Assembly: GCA_023253175.1 (NCBI GenBank)
Contig: JALRHH010000001.1
Coordinates: forward strand, 236,020 to 300,019
Direction: 5' to 3'
Source of the DNA: Candidatus Saccharimonadia bacterium
GTDB lineage: Bacteria; Patescibacteriota; Saccharimonadia; Saccharimonadales; JALRHH01
DNA: 64,000 nt
Shown: in pieces, positions 8,641 through 17,808 of the stretch
How positions within the stretch are numbered: position 1 is the stretch's first letter
How the letters are laid out: the number at the start of each line of letters is the position of its first letter
The notes under the pieces: model-generated
Told to the model about the DNA's origin: nothing
The model's input: only the letters and a program-made list of their open reading frames with translations
The model's database searches: none
Program-made: the position numbers and the translations under genes

Positions 8641-9704
8641 GCAAAGTCTATAAGGTAGCGTCGTTTTTTACGGGGCTTGGTGGTATGGACTTGGGTGGCG
8701 AGGGCGATTTTGATTTTCTCGGGCAACACTACAAGAAAAATCCACTTAAAACAGTTTACGCTATGGACTTCGACAAGCCCATTTGCGACATCTACAACGC
8801 TAATTTTGGTATAGAGTGTCAGCATAAGGATATCAACTTAGTCTCTGCCGACGAGATACCAGACCACGACATATTAACGGGTGGTTTTCCTTGCCAGTCT
8901 TTCTCCGTAGTGGCACAAAATCCGAAACGTTTAGGCTACAAGGACGACAAAAAAGGTAAGCTATTTTTCGAGATGTGTCGGATACTCAAAGAGAAAAAAC
9001 CTGCTGTATTTGTTGCCGAAAATGTAAAGGGTCTCCTGTCAGCCAATAAGGGCGAGGCGTTTCCACTCGTGATACAGGAGTTTGAAAATGCTGGCTATCA
9101 CGTTAAATATAAGGTACTTAACGCCTCTCATTTTGGCGTCCCTCAAAAGCGTGAGCGTGTCTTTATTGTCGGCTTTAGAGATAAACAGGCTTATGACGCC
9201 TTTGAGTTCCCCGAGGCAGTAACGGTAGATAAGCCTCGTATTATCAAAGAGATTATCGACCCGGAGCATACTATTGAGGACAAGTATTATTTTAGTGAGC
9301 GAGCCGTTGAGGGTATGAAAGCCACTAAACACGCTAAGACTATGAACAAGGGACGAGCACAAGATGTTAATCTACCTAGCAATACCGTAGGAGCACACTT
9401 GGCTAAAGTGAGCCTCAATAGCACCGACCCCGTATTGTGTATTGACGGTCGTTACCGTATGTTTACTCCACGAGAAGTAGCCCGTATACAGTCGTTTCCC
9501 GAGTCGTTTAAGCTACCTGGCTCTAGGACTACAAACTACAAGGCTCTAGGAAACGCTGTAGCTCCTGTAGTTATGTGGCACGTTACTCAGAGCATAATCA
9601 CGGCTCTAAAGGCAGTAGAAAGCCCTAAAACAGCTCAAGTAACAGAACAGGACGCTGTAGAGATTGTGGACGAGGGGCTAAAGCTAGAGCCACTTGTTGC
9701 TTAG
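8637..9704 (+). CDS. DNA (cytosine-5) methyltransferase, second copy
   Basis: FFTGLGG (I), GGFPCQSFS (IV), ENVKGL (VI), QKRERVFIVG (VIII), GNAVAP (X). Confidence 0.9.
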   Translation: MSKVYKVASFFTGLGGMDLGGEGDFDFLGQHYKKNPLKTVYAMDFDKPICDIYNANFGIECQHKDINLVSADEIPDHDILTGGFPCQSFSVVAQNPKRLGYKDDKKGKLFFEMCRILKEKKPAVFVAENVKGLLSANKGEAFPLVIQEFENAGYHVKYKVLNASHFGVPQKRERVFIVGFRDKQAYDAFEFPEAVTVDKPRIIKEIIDPEHTIEDKYYFSERAVEGMKATKHAKTMNKGRAQDVNLPSNTVGAHLAKVSLNSTDPVLCIDGRYRMFTPREVARIQSFPESFKLPGSRTTNYKALGNAVAPVVMWHVTQSIITALKAVESPKTAQVTEQDAVEIVDEGLKLEPLVA

Positions 9705-10561
9705 GGCTTTAGTTTAGTACGTAGATTGCCACTTACGGCAGTCAAAGCTTTGAGAGCCGATTGTAACTCACTTTTTAGGTAAGTTACTTTTTGACCTTGA
9801 GTAGTACTGTCTAAGCCAAGATTAGCCGTATACTTTGCGTCGATAATACCGCCGTTGTGCTGTTCGATGTGGCGTTTCTCGAAAACAACCCTCATATCCT
9901 GTAAGTTTTGGCTATCCAAGCCCTCGAGTATTTCTATCCCTTGCTTATCTCTAAAGTATGCTTCTGACAGGCTGATGTTCTGAAAATTAATCTTTTTGTC
10001 TTTGCTAGCATAAAAACGACATAGGTTCTGAAACGCTATAACAACGTCATTGTATATTTGGCGTAAGCCCCTGTCTGTGTCTAGCTCTTTCTCTATAATG
10101 GCTAGGTTTGCGTCTAAAATCTTTACGTCCTCTGTACCGCAAAATGGACAGCGTGAGGCGATGCCGTAAATCTCGTATAAGCTCTCACAAGATGAGCAGA
10201 CCATATCGGTTGGTATCTCGGATTGTACTAGTACGGGTTGAGCGTCGTACCGTATTCTCGCTGGCTTAAACTTAACATTTTTAGAGCCTCTTAACCCACG
10301 AGCCAAGCTATTTTGTAGCTCTTTCATAACATCATATTTAATTTGGCGGAGACCCTCTTGAGTAGCATAGTCAAACTGTTCTGGTACGTTAAAATCTGGC
10401 AAACGACCACTCTTATTGCAATATGGACAGTGGATAGTGTCTGGAAAATCTTTGTCGACCGACCTAATACCAAACTTGATTGAGCAATCAGGACAAAGAC
10501 GGTGGGTGTAGCCCTTGCCGTCGGCTGGTATTGCTATCTCGTAATGCGACTTTAGTGCCAT
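9701..10561 (-). CDS. double zinc-ribbon protein with C-terminal R-x4-H (HEPN-like) motif
   Basis: CPDC..CPYC and CSSC..CPFC cysteine pairs. C-terminal helical region contains FEKRHIEQHNGG (R-x4-H). Convergent with M2, overlapping it by 4 nt. Confidence 0.55.
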   Translation of the reverse strand: MALKSHYEIAIPADGKGYTHRLCPDCSIKFGIRSVDKDFPDTIHCPYCNKSGRLPDFNVPEQFDYATQEGLRQIKYDVMKELQNSLARGLRGSKNVKFKPARIRYDAQPVLVQSEIPTDMVCSSCESLYEIYGIASRCPFCGTEDVKILDANLAIIEKELDTDRGLRQIYNDVVIAFQNLCRFYASKDKKINFQNISLSEAYFRDKQGIEILEGLDSQNLQDMRVVFEKRHIEQHNGGIIDAKYTANLGLDSTTQGQKVTYLKSELQSALKALTAVSGNLRTKLKP

Positions 10562-10605
10562 TAGTTATTACCCTCACAAGCTAGACTTATTATACAATAA
10601 TTAAA

Positions 10606-11157
10606 GTGAAAGACGATGTAATGAAAGATGACCGTAAGCGGTGGCATAATGAGGACGGATTAGAGTTTGTTACTCCTAGTCCTCGTCAAAATGGTATCGC
10701 CTCTAGCTATGGCATTATCGAGAGTACATACGATTATGACGACAAACTCTACACGCTGACTTATGACGAGGATATAAACAAGCTACTCATAAACCGCATT
10801 GGGATAAAGAGCTTTCAAATAAAAAATCCTGACGTAGAGCAAGTGTTTTTAGATGTTTTCACCAAGCTAAAAGAGGCGAACAAGTATAAAACCAAGTTTG
10901 ACCACGACTACGTTACTAAGACTGAGGTAGAGGTTAAAGCCAGCCAAGCTCACGTCGTCATAAACAACCTAAAAATACCCAAGCCACTCCGTAACATTAT
11001 GTTTAACTCGTCCGACGGTGGCAAAGTTCTGCACGTCCAAACAGTCGTAACTAAGCGATTAGCAATCAAAAATAATCTTGATATCAAAGCTACTAACGAG
11101 TGGCTAACTGACTTACTCCGTAAAGACCCTAAGTTGCGAGTACCAAAGACGTACTAA
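10606..11157 (+). CDS. hypothetical protein (183 aa)
   Basis: ORF only; no recognisable motif. Divergent from 9701..10561. Confidence 0.45.
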   Translation: MKDDVMKDDRKRWHNEDGLEFVTPSPRQNGIASSYGIIESTYDYDDKLYTLTYDEDINKLLINRIGIKSFQIKNPDVEQVFLDVFTKLKEANKYKTKFDHDYVTKTEVEVKASQAHVVINNLKIPKPLRNIMFNSSDGGKVLHVQTVVTKRLAIKNNLDIKATNEWLTDLLRKDPKLRVPKTY

Positions 11158-11204
11158 TAGCTACTAATTAACGTTAATAAACCGTCAGTCTATGGCGTTT
11201 TTAA

Positions 11205-11387
11205 GTGTACCTTGAGGCTATGAGCAATCCGTCAGCAAAACAAGTTGCCGAGCAAGTCAGTCCTACTGACCCAATGCTACGTTTGACTGAGTTACTGATA
11301 AGAATTGACCGCCGAGAAAATGTGATTAAAGACGAGAACGATGTTAATGATAACCGAGATACAGATAACACCAGTCAAGCCCAATAA
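11205..11387 (+). CDS. small hypothetical protein (60 aa)
   Basis: ORF only; acidic C-terminus; overlaps the SpoVG-like start. Could be a small DNA-binding/RDF-type protein, but nothing supports that. Confidence 0.3.
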   Translation: MYLEAMSNPSAKQVAEQVSPTDPMLRLTELLIRIDRRENVIKDENDVNDNRDTDNTSQAQ

Positions 11388-11649
11388 CGGTCTAATTGGT
11401 TTTGCTAGTTTTGTGCTTTATGGAGCTGTTTATTGTAGCTCTGTCGGCATATACACAAGACTAGACGGCGGTTATCGACTTACATACCCCACTAAGCAAG
11501 TTATGGGGCGTGATATGGGCATTTTCCACCCGATTAACAAAGAGCTAGGTTTAGAGATTGAAAAAGCGGTTACAGCCGTATACGACGATGTAATGAGGTT
11601 AAAAAATGCTAGATACGGTAGTGCTGTCGCTGGACATATCGGAGTTTAG
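11347..11649 (+). CDS. SpoVG-like nucleic-acid-binding protein
   Basis: MITEIQITPVKPNNGLIGFASFVL...YPTK...GIFHPINKELGLEIEKAV parallels SpoVG (MEITDVRL...AIASI...DIAHPIN). Confidence 0.6.
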   Translation: MITEIQITPVKPNNGLIGFASFVLYGAVYCSSVGIYTRLDGGYRLTYPTKQVMGRDMGIFHPINKELGLEIEKAVTAVYDDVMRLKNARYGSAVAGHIGV

Positions 11650-12745
11650 AATTATGTCGACCCACTACGGCAGGTGGTCGCCCGATATAACTAACTACAT
11701 TAAACCACCTTACGTAAAACTAGGAGGTCGGAAGTTTGCCGTCTCTACTCGAACACCTACACGAAACGACGAACTAAATGGTATCTACCTACCACGTCTC
11801 AAGCTTATTAAATCGACTAGGACTGGGGGTTACTCTACTCGGTTATACGTAGAGTTCTCAGCACCTAAAATCGTCTTTAATAATAACTTTGATGAGTTAG
11901 CCGACAGCGACTTCGATAACGTCTGTAAACAGCTCTCGAAAGCCCTGCGTCGCCTAGGTGTTGCCGTAGATAAAGAAACCATAAAGACAGCCCAAGTTAA
12001 TACCGTGCACTACAGCAAAAACGTGATTTTAACTGACGGCAAACTGGCTAAAATGTTCGTCAGAGAGCTAGCCAAGGCAAACATCTCGACACGTCGTCGT
12101 AGCAAGACTAAAACCTACGGCAACGACGGCGAGGCTATGTACTTTCATACAAGCAAGTGGGCGTTTGTCGCTTACGATAAACTCGCAGAGTTTCGACGCT
12201 CTCGAAATAATAAAAAGGAGCTACTGGAGAAAGACTACTATTGTCAGTTATCTCTCTTTGATGAGTTTACGCCAGCTACACCCTTTGAAGTCATACGACT
12301 TGAGGCTCGCTATACTGACCGTAGGACTATCAAAACCAACCTAAAGCGAGCTGGAGTAACATTTAGCGAGGAGCTGCCGTTTATTGAGCTATACTCCGAG
12401 GATACGGCAAAAAAGCTACTACTTTATGAGTTAAGCCAGTTAGAAACAGCAACACCCGATATTCTATCGACCGAGCGAGACTTAGACCGCTTTATTGACA
12501 ATTTACTAGCTAACCAAGCCAAGCCCGACCGTATCGTTTACGCCGTCGGTGTCAAAAAAATATTAGAGCAATATGGTAGTCGTGGGGCGAGGTCAAGGAT
12601 ACACGCTAGCTCTAGTCAATGGTCGAGACTAATAGCTAAAACAAACAGCCTTGGTTTCACTCGCCAAGATAACGATACGACAACCACGATACGACAAAGT
12701 ATCGAGGCGTTTCGTCGTGTCAAATTAACTAACTACAAGGAGTAA
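11606..12745 (+). CDS. Rep_trans / Phage_CRI-like rolling-circle replication initiator
   Basis: N-terminal MLDTVVLSLD. GEAMYFHTSKWAFVAYDK matches the Y-x-G-x3-S-x5-Y-D-K signature. FEVIRLEARY matches the R-h-E-h-R strand. Confidence 0.55.
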   Translation: MLDTVVLSLDISEFRIMSTHYGRWSPDITNYIKPPYVKLGGRKFAVSTRTPTRNDELNGIYLPRLKLIKSTRTGGYSTRLYVEFSAPKIVFNNNFDELADSDFDNVCKQLSKALRRLGVAVDKETIKTAQVNTVHYSKNVILTDGKLAKMFVRELAKANISTRRRSKTKTYGNDGEAMYFHTSKWAFVAYDKLAEFRRSRNNKKELLEKDYYCQLSLFDEFTPATPFEVIRLEARYTDRRTIKTNLKRAGVTFSEELPFIELYSEDTAKKLLLYELSQLETATPDILSTERDLDRFIDNLLANQAKPDRIVYAVGVKKILEQYGSRGARSRIHASSSQWSRLIAKTNSLGFTRQDNDTTTTIRQSIEAFRRVKLTNYKE

Positions 12746-12753
12746 ATAGTATA

Positions 12754-14289
12754 ATGAAAACAATGAAAAAAGATAGCGAGGTTAAACCACGAAAAGCGAT
12801 TATTTTCGCTCGGGTATCGACAGCTCGCCAAGAGAAAGAGGGCTTATCCCTCAAAGAGATACAACTACCTCTAGCTTACGAGTACGCTAAAAATCACAAT
12901 ATCGAGGTGGTCGCCGAGTACGCTATTAGCGAGACTGGTAGCGAGTACAAACTACGAGCCAAGTTCAACGATATGATTGCTTTCGTAAAACGTCGTAAGG
13001 ATATTACCGACATAATCTCGTTTAGGGTAGACCGTATCACTCGTAACTTTAAAGACGCTGTCGCTATCGACGACTTACGAACCAGCTACGGCAAGAACAT
13101 ACACTGCATTGACGACCGCTTAGTCTTGACCGAGGATAGTACATCAAACGACATCACTCAATGGGATATGAAAGTGCTTTTTGCCAAGCAGTTCCTCAAC
13201 CGTGTTAAAGAGGACGGTAATAATACCAAATACCGAAAGCTGGAGCGTGGCGAGTTGCCTTGGGGTACGCCGTATGGCTACAAGCACCACACTATCAGCC
13301 CTCAAAATAAAACTGTTATAGCCGAGGATTTTAAGGCTACTATCGTCCGAAAAATACACACTCTTTACTCGACTGGTTCTTACTCGTTAGAGACGCTAGC
13401 GAGAGCCATCAACAAAGAGTACGGCACTAAGTTTTATAAAAGTTCAATCCACCGTATTCTGACCGACAAGTTCTATATCGGCATTATGACCGATAAAAAA
13501 TCAGGGAAAGAATACCCTCATAACTACGAGCGTCTAGTCGGTTTTGATATGTTTGAGCTAAACCAGCAAATCATAGAGGGACACAATGTAAAACCTCGTA
13601 AATATGCTGGCATACCGTCAATCTACAGAGGTTTAATGCGTTGTAGCCATTGTGGTTGTACTATTACGTCAGAGTTAAAGAAAAAGACCCAAAAGAACGG
13701 TGTAAGACGTGAGTATATGTACTACCACTGTACCAACAAAAGGCGTCAGCACACCTCGCCTATCCAGTACATCAGCGAGAAAGAGTTAGACGGCGTGTTT
13801 AAGTCTCTGCTCGACAACTTTGCCAATATACCAAAGGACGAGATAGAACGTATCAAAGAGACGCTAAATAGCACTCACGACGCAAAGAATAAGTTTCAAG
13901 ACGACCAGCTTTCAGAGCTTAACGTCAGGCGGTCGCAACTGACGGCTCGTATCCGCAGGACATACGATATGCTTGCTGACGGTAGTATTACCCCAGAAGT
14001 TTATGAGGAAAACCGACAGCGTTACGAGGACGAGTTAAATGATGTTAAACGAAAAATCGACCGCTTAGATACAGCCGACAAAGAGTTCTGCATTACCGCC
14101 TCGTATCTGTTACGATTGTTTGAGAACGCTGGAAAAATCTACGAGGTTGCTGACGAGGACGAAAAACGGCAAATTATCGGTTTGATAAGCTCGAACCTCG
14201 AATTAGACAACAAAAACCTTGATTTCAATCTAAAAGAACCCTTCGCTACAGTCCTAAAACTGGCTAAGAGTTCTTTATGGCAGGGGTGA
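12754..14289 (+). CDS. large serine recombinase (integrase)
   Basis: Resolvase catalytic domain AIIFARVSTARQ...SFRVDRITRN, recombinase domain, zinc ribbon CSHCGC..YYHC, C-terminal coiled coil. Stop TGA at 14287..14289 lies inside the tRNA-Trp 3' end. Confidence 0.9.
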   Translation: MKTMKKDSEVKPRKAIIFARVSTARQEKEGLSLKEIQLPLAYEYAKNHNIEVVAEYAISETGSEYKLRAKFNDMIAFVKRRKDITDIISFRVDRITRNFKDAVAIDDLRTSYGKNIHCIDDRLVLTEDSTSNDITQWDMKVLFAKQFLNRVKEDGNNTKYRKLERGELPWGTPYGYKHHTISPQNKTVIAEDFKATIVRKIHTLYSTGSYSLETLARAINKEYGTKFYKSSIHRILTDKFYIGIMTDKKSGKEYPHNYERLVGFDMFELNQQIIEGHNVKPRKYAGIPSIYRGLMRCSHCGCTITSELKKKTQKNGVRREYMYYHCTNKRRQHTSPIQYISEKELDGVFKSLLDNFANIPKDEIERIKETLNSTHDAKNKFQDDQLSELNVRRSQLTARIRRTYDMLADGSITPEVYEENRQRYEDELNDVKRKIDRLDTADKEFCITASYLLRLFENAGKIYEVADEDEKRQIIGLISSNLELDNKNLDFNLKEPFATVLKLAKSSLWQG

Positions 14290-14353
14290 CAGGACTCGAA
14301 CCTGCAACCAACGGTTTTGGAGACCGCTACTCTACCAATTGAGCTACACCCCT
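14278..14353 (-). tRNA. trnW: tRNA-Trp (anticodon CCA), CCA-3' encoded
   Basis: Reverse strand AGGGGTG-TA-GCTC-AATTGGTA-GAGT-A-GCGGT-CTCCAAA-ACCGT-TGGTT-GCAGG-TTCGAGT-CCTGT-CACCCCT-G-CCA. All four stems pair. Confidence 0.9.
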
Positions 14354-14459
14354 ACGTCCGACAGTTTAAAACTGCGGAACAATTTGAATAAAAAGTGCCT
14401 AATTACTAAAAAGTAATTACAAGAGTTAATACTACCGAAAACTCAGCCATTTGTCACTG

Positions 14460-15101
14460 TTAATTATCTAAAACCGCAAAGGCATGGTCCCAGGTTTCAT
14501 GGGCAAGGCCATATTCAATCCAAAGTGCACAAAGGGGTTCCAATAAACGACTCTTTTCGATGCCACCAATGTCTGTCACATGTTGCCATCCCATTTGTCC
14601 GAGTAACTCGGCTACATAGAGCCTTACTGATGGATTATTGCCACACAAGAACATTGCCGGCTTGCCATCCTTAAAGGCCGGCTTTACGGCATGTCTGTGG
14701 CTGATAAAGTTGAGCGTCTTTATAACATGGCTGTCGGGGAGACTCTGCTGCACCATCTCGCCCCCACTAATATCATGGCCAAGGGCCAAGGTGGGAGGAC
14801 CGTCATCCTCGAACTCAAGCGGAGTCGTTATATCTATCAAAATTTTACCAGCAAGTTCTGGCCTGATCTGTTGCAAAACATCTTCCGTGGCTCGCCATGC
14901 AGTAGCTAGGAATGCTAATTCTGCAAAACTCGCAGCCTCTGTCGTTGTTCCGAGATGGGCGTTCTTGCTCCTTGTCCGTTTTTCCCACTTTTTGAGCTCG
15001 GAATCAGCGTGCGCACCAAGCATGACTTCGTGCCCAAGCTCCAGAAGTCCTTCTGCAAGGCTTTGTCCAGCCTCTGTGTCACCGATGATGCCTATTTTCA
15101 T
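14460..15101 (-). CDS. NADP oxidoreductase, F420-dependent-reductase-like Rossmann protein
   Basis: N-terminal MKIGIIGDTEAGQSLAEGL dinucleotide-binding start. Size and C-terminal pattern are typical of the NADP_oxidoreductase coenzyme-F420-dependent family. Confidence 0.6.
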   Translation of the reverse strand: MKIGIIGDTEAGQSLAEGLLELGHEVMLGAHADSELKKWEKRTRSKNAHLGTTTEAASFAELAFLATAWRATEDVLQQIRPELAGKILIDITTPLEFEDDGPPTLALGHDISGGEMVQQSLPDSHVIKTLNFISHRHAVKPAFKDGKPAMFLCGNNPSVRLYVAELLGQMGWQHVTDIGGIEKSRLLEPLCALWIEYGLAHETWDHAFAVLDN

Positions 15102-16261
15102 GTTATCTCCCGCTTGATGCGTGATTTTGCTTTGCTGTTTTTTATTGTACCGCGGCTTCGCTTTCGTTCGCTAGTCACAACTGGAGCATTTGCGGCGCGA
15201 GCATCGCGAGGCTTTGTGCTACGTTTAGGCGCTACTGCGTTAGCAATACCAGTAACATGCTCTAGTTTCTTGTAGCGTGAGCCTTTTGGTGCAAATTTAA
15301 CAAGCAGCAATATGGCTGCACCAATAAGAGCGAAAACAATGCCAGCGTTAATAAATGAAGTCTGGAAGTGAACGGATATTCTAGTCATCACATCTGTGGC
15401 CAGTAAATCGGTACTGCCATTAAATATCTGTGATTGATAATTTCGCATAATTCTTGGGACAAAGATCCCAAAGACCGCCGCAGAGACAGCTAGCACCACA
15501 CTACTGAATAGCAATGCTTTACCTAAATCACGCCATCCATTCCGTCGAACAGGACGTAGTAACACGAGTGCTGCGCTCAGGATCAGTAAGATAAATAGCA
15601 AAAAATACAGGAAGGGCTTCATGAGCCCATAAAAAATGGGCGCAACCCTGTACGAAGCTTCGATAGACTTTCCGGACTTGGTTTTAGGCAGGTCGTCTCC
15701 TGTATATGTTGTCTTCCCAAGAAAATCTTTTGAATTAAGCAAGGACTTCCTAAGGGATTCTTGTTCGTTTTTGTAATTAATGCCTGCGGGTTGGCAGGTG
15801 GCTTTGAAGGGATCAAGCTGTATCTCTGATTCAAAGGCTGTACATGTCGGTAACCCTGACAAGCGTTCAATTCCATAGATGCTCAACGCTTCGGCCAGTT
15901 TCTCGCGCTGAGACGCTATTTGTATATCAAATGCAATGAGCGAATTATCTCCTTTTAGCCAGGTGTATAGTCCGCCCAGAAAATCGTCTGACTCTTCTTG
16001 GACAAAGCTGGCAGGAAATGCGGTGGCTGTAATCTCTCTGACCCTATTATCGGCAAATATGCCACGTGGATCTTGCTTTGCGTTAGTCTCAAGAATGGCA
16101 GGAATAGCACGTTCATATGCATCTGCTTCTATAAGGGAGTTCCTGATTGTCGCCGGGCTGCTGAAGGTGGCTATAAAGGCGTACAGCGTGAGGATTGCAA
16201 GAAGTATAAGTCTAAAGCTGTTGCGAGCCAGACTAAGAGCCAGTCGTCTTGCGGGACTCAT
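15098..16261 (-). CDS. hypothetical membrane protein with basic C-terminal tail
   Basis: N-terminal TM, several C-terminal TMs, Lys/Arg-rich tail. ATGA overlap with 14460..15101. Confidence 0.55.
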   Translation of the reverse strand: MSPARRLALSLARNSFRLILLAILTLYAFIATFSSPATIRNSLIEADAYERAIPAILETNAKQDPRGIFADNRVREITATAFPASFVQEESDDFLGGLYTWLKGDNSLIAFDIQIASQREKLAEALSIYGIERLSGLPTCTAFESEIQLDPFKATCQPAGINYKNEQESLRKSLLNSKDFLGKTTYTGDDLPKTKSGKSIEASYRVAPIFYGLMKPFLYFLLFILLILSAALVLLRPVRRNGWRDLGKALLFSSVVLAVSAAVFGIFVPRIMRNYQSQIFNGSTDLLATDVMTRISVHFQTSFINAGIVFALIGAAILLLVKFAPKGSRYKKLEHVTGIANAVAPKRSTKPRDARAANAPVVTSERKRSRGTIKNSKAKSRIKREIT

Positions 16262-16393
16262 AAACTTATTCCACCAGTTATCATTTCTGTTTGCTCCTTA
16301 GCTGGACTGTTTACTCATTAGTATACAACGCTTATGCAAACCAGGGGCGAGACTTTTGCAAATTGCTAAAAATTGTTATAGTTTACAGCAGAA

Positions 16394-17056
16394 ATGAGTA
16401 AGCTTGCCCTCACGCGACCAACTTTGATTCTGTTATATGGTTATCCAGGATCAGGGAAAACATATCTTGCACGACAGTTAAGTGAAGATATACAGGCAGC
16501 GCATGTCCAGAGTGATCGCATCCGTTTTGAATTATTTGAGCAGCCTCGCTACGACCGACAAGAGAACCAGATTGTTGATCATCTCATGCAGTATATGACT
16601 GAAGAGTTTCTTAATGCGGGTATCAGTGTTTTGTATGACATTAATGCAATGCGTGTCACGCAGCGACGTGAGCTCCGTGAGCTTGCCCGTAAGCACAGAG
16701 CAGATGTACTCCTTGTATGGCTACAGATTGATCATGATAGCGCGTTTGTTCGTGCAACTAAGCGCGATAGGCGCAAGCTGGACGATCGGTTTACGGCTTC
16801 AATTGATCAAGGCACGTTCCGGCAAATTGCATCAGGTATGCAAAATCCAGAAACAACAGAAGATTACGTCGTTATCAGTGGCAAGCACACCTATCCAACG
16901 CAACGTAACGCGGTTATCAAAAAGTTGTATGATCTTGGGCTCGTTTCAACTGGCGGCGCAGGGACAAAGCTCGTGAAGCCGCAGCTCGTGAATCTTATTC
17001 CAAACCCATCTGCCGGTCGTGTTGACCCCAGTCGCCGCAACATTAACATTCGTTAG
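16394..17056 (+). CDS. P-loop kinase-like ATP-binding protein (AAA_33/zeta-like fold)
   Basis: Walker A LLYGYPGSGKTYLARQL. Confidence 0.6.
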   Translation: MSKLALTRPTLILLYGYPGSGKTYLARQLSEDIQAAHVQSDRIRFELFEQPRYDRQENQIVDHLMQYMTEEFLNAGISVLYDINAMRVTQRRELRELARKHRADVLLVWLQIDHDSAFVRATKRDRRKLDDRFTASIDQGTFRQIASGMQNPETTEDYVVISGKHTYPTQRNAVIKKLYDLGLVSTGGAGTKLVKPQLVNLIPNPSAGRVDPSRRNINIR

Positions 17057-17072
17057 AATAGATAGGCTTTAA

Positions 17073-17765
17073 ATGCCAGCTAAAATCATCGAAATAGACG
17101 GTATCGGAGCCGTTCATTTTTATAAGCGTCGCGCCGCACGTAGTATAAGGCTAAGCATTACGCACCAAGGCCAAATTAGGGTAAGTTTGCCATTTTGGGT
17201 TCCATTTGCAGCCGGTGTTTCATTTGTCCAGTCTAAAAAAGATTGGATCAATACAGAACGACCGGAAACAACCATTCTGACTGAGGGTTATCGTCTCGGC
17301 AAGGCCCACCACATCACGTTCTTAGCCGGCAGTGGCGACAATATAACAACCCGCATATCAGGTAACGAGGCGCGGGTGATGCTGCCGGTGGGCCTTAAAT
17401 GGGATAATCCCGACGTGCAGGCTGCAGCCCAGAATGTTGCGATTCGCGTCCTTAAAAAGGAGGCCCGCATGATACTCCCACCAAGACTCAAAAGCTTGGC
17501 ACAGCAACACGGTTTTACCTACAGAAGTGTCTCCGTAAAACAGCTTACGGGCAGGTGGGGAAGTTGTAGTAGTGAAAAGGATATCGTGCTCAACTGCTTC
17601 CTCATGCAGCTACCACTTGAACTGATTGATTATGTACTGCTCCACGAACTGACACATACCAATGTTATGGCCCATGGCCCAATATTCTGGAACGAAATGA
17701 GACGTGTCTTGCCAGACGTAGACGTGCGCCGGAAACAGATAAAGCAACACAAACCTGTTTTATAG
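17073..17765 (+). CDS. YgjP-like (DUF45/M48-type) metal-dependent hydrolase
   Basis: C-terminal YVLLHELTHTNVMAHGPIFW (HExxH plus downstream H). N-terminal layout is typical of the family. Confidence 0.75.
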   Translation: MPAKIIEIDGIGAVHFYKRRAARSIRLSITHQGQIRVSLPFWVPFAAGVSFVQSKKDWINTERPETTILTEGYRLGKAHHITFLAGSGDNITTRISGNEARVMLPVGLKWDNPDVQAAAQNVAIRVLKKEARMILPPRLKSLAQQHGFTYRSVSVKQLTGRWGSCSSEKDIVLNCFLMQLPLELIDYVLLHELTHTNVMAHGPIFWNEMRRVLPDVDVRRKQIKQHKPVL

Positions 17766-17808
17766 GTAATGACGCTTATGTTTTTGTAGGCAGTATCTTA
17801 TAATACGT

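Larger units (their letters stand above)
2467..14289. mobile_element. ~11.8 kb integrative element inserted at the 3' end of tRNA-Trp
   Basis: A large serine recombinase sits at the right end and its last 4 codons overlap the tRNA 3' end. A tRNA-like scar marks the left end. The interior carries a Rep_trans-like plus SpoVG-like module and restriction-modification/defence-type cargo. Confidence 0.65.

Noticed and set aside
14638-15275. Plus-strand ORFs opposite the oxidoreductase gene (14638..15117, 14691..14909, 14955..15275).
   Set aside because: They are antisense to two overlapping, motif-supported minus-strand genes.
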